From positions 2,656,001 through 2,720,000 of the forward strand of contig OY729428.2 of NCBI GenBank assembly GCA_963422375.2: 64,000 bases of DNA, given 5' to 3'. Below are positions 59,854-64,000 of this stretch, piece after piece. The notes below the pieces were generated by a model. That model did no database searches. It saw only the letters and a list, made by a program, of their open reading frames with translations, and had not been told where the DNA came from. A program made the position numbers and the translations under genes. Positions within the stretch are counted from its first letter, which is position 1; each line of letters opens with the position of its first letter. Origin of the DNA: Bryobacterales bacterium (GTDB lineage: Bacteria > Acidobacteriota > Terriglobia > Bryobacterales > UBA6623).

Positions 59854-61105
59854 CTAGCGGGTCGGGTTCTCGTACCAGATCACGCCCAGTTCCCTGCCCT
59901 CGTAGCCCTCGGCAAAGTACGGCCCCTTCTCCTCCAGCGTGACCACGTCCAGGTCGCCGTCGGCATCGAGGTCCGTCAGCTGAAGCAGGTCGTAGATGAA
60001 GCCCTCGGGCCCGCTAATCGAATGCGCTTCCCAGCGAGCCGCCGTCGGTGCGTCGCGGTACGACAGCCGGAACAGTCCGATCCGGCCCTCCGTGGCGTGC
60101 TCGCACGCGACCACTAGAATCCGGTCTTCCGTCGAGGTCCATGTCAGCCGCCTTCACGGACTTGCCGGTACCCGTCCCGGGCGGCATCTCGATCAGGTGG
60201 GTAAGCCAGAGCGGAGGACGCTCCTGAGCGCGACGGTGGAACCGGACCGGGCCGCCCTTGACAGCGACCAAGACGTCGTCCAGGCCGTCGCCGTCCAGAT
60301 CCGAGACTGCGTTGTGCATCGCTTCGTGCTCGTCCACGAGGCGGATCCAATGTTCCGTCCACGGCCCGGGGTTCTCCAGCCAGAACGCCCCGCGACGCGG
60401 TCCCATGCGATCCGTCGCGACGATGTCGTCGTGGCCGTCCGCGTCCAAGTCGCTCGGGCGGATCGTCATGATCCACCCGGCATCGCAGAGCGGATGCCAC
60501 CCCCAGGCCGCGAGCTCGCGCGGGTCGCCCGGGCTCTCAAACCAGCCGATCCGCGCCCTGTGCCCCTTCGCGCCCGCAACGATGTCGACACCGTGCTTGC
60601 CGTCCACCTGCATGGGGAAGGCGAACATCCACCGAGCGGCCCCGGCGGACGCCGGCAGCTCGGCCGTCGTCCAGGCACGCGAATCCAGCAGGCTCGACGC
60701 GTCCCTAGGCGCCCAGTGGACATAGATCGAACGGGGCTCGCCCTCGCACGAACTCACGACGTCCAGCGCGCCGTCACCGTTCACGTCCGCGAGAAAGGCG
60801 TCCTCGGGATCGCCGACGTCGCCCACGGTCACGGCCGGCCAGCGGTCGCGCACGCCCGACACCCCGGGATTAAGATACAGCCGAACCGCCCCGCCCTGCT
60901 CCCAAGGCGTGACCACGTCCAGAAGGCCGTCGCCGTCCGCATCGGCGAGCCGCACGCCGTCAGTGCCCAGGGAGGAATCGTCAATGGTGTGGCGGCTCCA
61001 CGAACCGGCCGGCCATACCGGGCCGCAGGCGGCGACCAGCATCGCGATACCCGTCCAGCTCAGCGCGGTCGCCGCGCGAGTTCCTAGCGCACGCCCGCCC
61101 GTCAT
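59854..61105 (-). pseudogene. FG-GAP/VCBS-repeat secreted protein with a +1 frameshift near 60118
   Basis: repeated D.DGDG..DVV motifs; GAT TCT AGT should read GAT CTA GTG (DLVVACEH), continuing in the 59854..60114 ORF. Confidence 0.8.
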
Positions 61106-61165
61106 GGCGAGATCCTCGCACAGGGCCGAGAGCTAGCGACGGCCGGCGCACCGGCCAAGCGCCGC

Positions 61166-61693
61166 TCAGTGAGCCATCACCGGCACGGTCGCTCGAGTCC
61201 TGTCCCACACCACGCTCAGCGTTCCGTTCGGCCCCTCGCCCGCCTCGACGGCGATGGTGAGCTGCTCGGTCACCTCGGCCACTTCCGAGACGCTCATCTC
61301 CACTCGGCCCAAGTCCTCGGACTCGTCGTAGCTGAACGCGCCCCACTGGTCCGAAACTCTGTTGACGACCAAAGTCCAATGCCCCGCCTCGGGGATCGTG
61401 AACAGGGAGTACTTCCCCGCCGGCACGTGGAGCTGGCCCAGCATGAGGTCGCGGTCCGATTCGAGAGTCGTCGCCTCGTCCGCGCCGGTGCGCCAGACCT
61501 CGCCGCGAGGCACCAAGCCCCCGTAGATCTCGCGCCCCTTCTTGTAGGGACGGCCGTAGGTCACCGTGATCGACGCTTGGCCGATCTGCCCGGAGACGGA
61601 TTCGTGCGGACTGACTCGTTCGGCGGCAGGTTCTTCGCACGCCGCAGCGAATGCCAGCACGAGCGCTAGGAAGCAGTAGAAGGAAGTCTTCAA
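61166..61693 (-). CDS. DUF2911 domain lipoprotein
   Basis: lipobox AAAC; SP, YGRPYKKGR, VWRTGADEAT, PAGKYSLFTIP, QWGAF. Confidence 0.92.
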   Translation of the reverse strand: MKTSFYCFLALVLAFAAACEEPAAERVSPHESVSGQIGQASITVTYGRPYKKGREIYGGLVPRGEVWRTGADEATTLESDRDLMLGQLHVPAGKYSLFTIPEAGHWTLVVNRVSDQWGAFSYDESEDLGRVEMSVSEVAEVTEQLTIAVEAGEGPNGTLSVVWDRTRATVPVMAH

Positions 61694-61845
61694 GGGGATT
61701 CTCCTCTGTCTCGAACCCTCGAGCGGGGACTGGCGGTCGACGCCCGTAATTCGATTCTACTCCAGTCACGGGAGATCTTCCGCCCGGCACCTGCCCCGCC
61801 GGGCCAAGGGCCGTGACGGCGAACCGCCGGGTAGAATGGGCTGCC

Positions 61846-63210
61846 ATGCGTGCGCTCTTCCTTCTAGTGGCCGCGACCGCAACCGCGACCGCCGCGCCGC
61901 CCAACGTCGTGCTGATCATGGCCGACGACATGGGGTACGAATGCGTCGCGGCGAACGGCGGCACGAGCTACTCCACGCCCGTCTTCGATCGCATGGCGCG
62001 CGAGGGCCTGCGCTTCTCCCAGTGCTACTCGCAACCCGTCTGCACGCCGTCCCGCATCAAGCTGATGACCGGCAAGTACAACTGGCGCAACTACCGCAGT
62101 TTCGGTCGCTTGGAAAAGGGGCAGCGGACCTTCGCGCATCTCATGAAAGGTGCGGGCTACGTGACGGGCCTAGCTGGCAAGTGGCAGCTGTGGGGCGGGC
62201 CCGAGACGCCCGAGCGCCCGAGCGGAATGACACCGGACGACGCGGGCTTCGACGAGCACATGTATTGGGCATACAACTTCGAGCTGTCCGCCGAGCAGAG
62301 GCGGCTGTACAGCTCCGTCGGCCCTCCCGGGGACAGGCAGACCTCCCGTTTCTGGCACCCGGGGATCCTTCGGGACGGAGAGTACGTCCACTCGTCGCTG
62401 GACGACTACGGACCGGACATGTTCTCCGACTTCGCGCTGGACTTCGTCGAGCGCCACAGGGACGAGCGGTTCTTCCTCTATTACCCGATGGTCCTGACCC
62501 ACGGGCCGTTCGTGGCCACGCCGCACAGCCGTGTCATCAATGACAGGACGAAGTTCAGGAGCGACACCAAGTTCTTCGCGGACATGGTCGCCTACACCGA
62601 CTTCCTCGTTGGCCGGCTGCTGGACCGGCTGGAGGAACTGGGCATCGCCGACGAGACGCTCGTGCTGTTCACCGGCGACAACGGCACCCACCGCAGCCTG
62701 CAGTCCATGCTCGGGAATCGCGTCGTCAAGGGCGGCAAGGCGTTCCCGCAGGACGCCGGCACCCGCGTGCCGCTGCTGGCACGCTGGCCCGGTCAGGTAC
62801 CGGCCGGGGGCGTCTCGGACGACCTGATCGAGTTCAGCGACTTCTTCGCGACGCTGGCCGACCTCACGAACCAGCCACTCCCGGACGGCGACCCCTACGA
62901 CGGGCGCAGCTTCCTAGCGCAGCTTCTGGGCGGCTCAGGCAGCCCCCGCGACTGGATCTTCGTGCATTACGACAGGGACCCGGCCCTGGCCGAGGTGCCC
63001 TTCCCGAGAGTCCGATTCGCCCGCACCAAGCGCTACAAGCTCTACAACGACGGCCGCTTCTACGACGTGCCGCACGACTGGGACGAGAAGCGCCCCATCT
63101 CCCTCGCGGACGCCAGCGAGGACGCGCTCGCGATCCGCCGCATACTGCAGCGGGTGCTGCACTCGATGCCCGCCTGGACGCCGACGGGAGGCGCCAGTCC
63201 GCAACGCTAG
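61846..63210 (+). CDS. sulfatase (Cys-type)
   Basis: PNVVLIMADDMG, VCTPSRIKLMTG, AGKWQL, LTHGP, GDNG. Confidence 0.93.
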   Translation: MRALFLLVAATATATAAPPNVVLIMADDMGYECVAANGGTSYSTPVFDRMAREGLRFSQCYSQPVCTPSRIKLMTGKYNWRNYRSFGRLEKGQRTFAHLMKGAGYVTGLAGKWQLWGGPETPERPSGMTPDDAGFDEHMYWAYNFELSAEQRRLYSSVGPPGDRQTSRFWHPGILRDGEYVHSSLDDYGPDMFSDFALDFVERHRDERFFLYYPMVLTHGPFVATPHSRVINDRTKFRSDTKFFADMVAYTDFLVGRLLDRLEELGIADETLVLFTGDNGTHRSLQSMLGNRVVKGGKAFPQDAGTRVPLLARWPGQVPAGGVSDDLIEFSDFFATLADLTNQPLPDGDPYDGRSFLAQLLGGSGSPRDWIFVHYDRDPALAEVPFPRVRFARTKRYKLYNDGRFYDVPHDWDEKRPISLADASEDALAIRRILQRVLHSMPAWTPTGGASPQR

Positions 63211-64000
63211 TCCGCGCCGAGCGCCCGGTCCAGCGCCTCGACGAAGAAATACTCGCCCCACATCACCGACTCGCCGACCCCCAGGCCGAGGTTGAGGTGG
63301 TAGATGCCTTCCTTGAGGATGCCCTCCCATCCCGGCGTCTCGGAGGCCAGATAGGGCGGCTGGGCCAGCGTCAGAAGCACGCGCCTAGCTGCCTGGTCGT
63401 ACAAAATGCCCTTGGCGCGGTCCGGCGTCAGGCGGGCGAGCCGTAACAGGCCCGCGGCCGTGATTGCCGCGGCGGAGGACTCGTCCCGGCGATCCTCCGG
63501 GGGGGCGTCGAAGTCCATCGGCGTCATGCCGCTCGGATCCGCGTTCGCGAGGAAGTAGTCCGAGCAGCGCTCGGCGGTCTCGAGGAACCGGGCGTCCCGC
63601 ACCAGCTTGTAGGCCGCGGTGAAGCCGTAGATCGCCCAGGCCAGGCCCCGCGCCCAGCACGAGTCCGAGCGCCAGCCCTGCTGCGTGGACTGCCGCAGGA
63701 ACTCCCCGGTCGCCAGGTCGTAGATGCCCTCGTGGGAGGAGCTGCCGTCGCCCCGAACCAGCACCCTGCGGCTGGTCAGGCTGTGCTGCATGGCCACGTC
63801 CATCAGCCCCCGGTCTCCCGTCCGGAGCGCGGCGTAGAAGATGATGCCGACGTTGGCCATGATGTCGATGAAGATCGACTCCGGCCCCATGAAGGACGCC
63901 ATGTAGCGGCCCTTCGGCTTGAATCTCTTGGCCAGCGTGCGGCCGGCCTGGATCACGACCTCGTTCAGTTCCTCGCGACCGGTCAGGCGGTACCAGCGGT
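63207..64000 (-). CDS. glycoside hydrolase family 88 (unsaturated glucuronyl hydrolase-like), 5'-truncated
   Basis: FIDIMAN, VRGDGSSSH, QGWRSDSCWARGLAWAIYGF, DESSAAAI, WGEYFFVEAL. Confidence 0.9.
   Translation of the reverse strand, partial: RWYRLTGREELNEVVIQAGRTLAKRFKPKGRYMASFMGPESIFIDIMANVGIIFYAALRTGDRGLMDVAMQHSLTSRRVLVRGDGSSSHEGIYDLATGEFLRQSTQQGWRSDSCWARGLAWAIYGFTAAYKLVRDARFLETAERCSDYFLANADPSGMTPMDFDAPPEDRRDESSAAAITAAGLLRLARLTPDRAKGILYDQAARRVLLTLAQPPYLASETPGWEGILKEGIYHLNLGLGVGESVMWGEYFFVEALDRALGAD

Overview
GC-rich bacterial chromosomal window. The gene repertoire suggests an Acidobacteriota, possibly a marine invertebrate or sponge symbiont; this is an inference from the carboxypeptidase-regulatory-type TonB receptor, four sulfatase-fold genes, DUF1080, and the Sel1 and Uma2 proteins. 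Housekeeping genes are infC (ATT start), an HU/IHF protein, mutS, trxA and valS. Other genes include a two-permease RND system, a PhoB/PhoR-like pair, a Tat-exported PhoD-like protein, tandem GMC oxidoreductases, MocA/XdhC and a partial GH88. Accessory or decaying DNA includes an internally deleted transposase relic (~9.4-10.0 kb), an eroded type III R-M methyltransferase (~38.6-39.7 kb) and a TonB receptor fragment. A toxin/defence islet at ~28.4-33.6 kb holds an AbiEii-like nucleotidyltransferase coupled to an unknown downstream partner, plus a Fic gene split by a complete IS1595-family element (perfect 24-bp TIRs, 8-bp TSD). The most notable signals are the toxin-first AbiEii module, an IS target flank that resembles the IS end, an intact Tat-exported sulfatase homologue with most catalytic residues replaced, and repeated leaderless-type promoter architecture. 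No rRNA, tRNA or CRISPR array was recognised.
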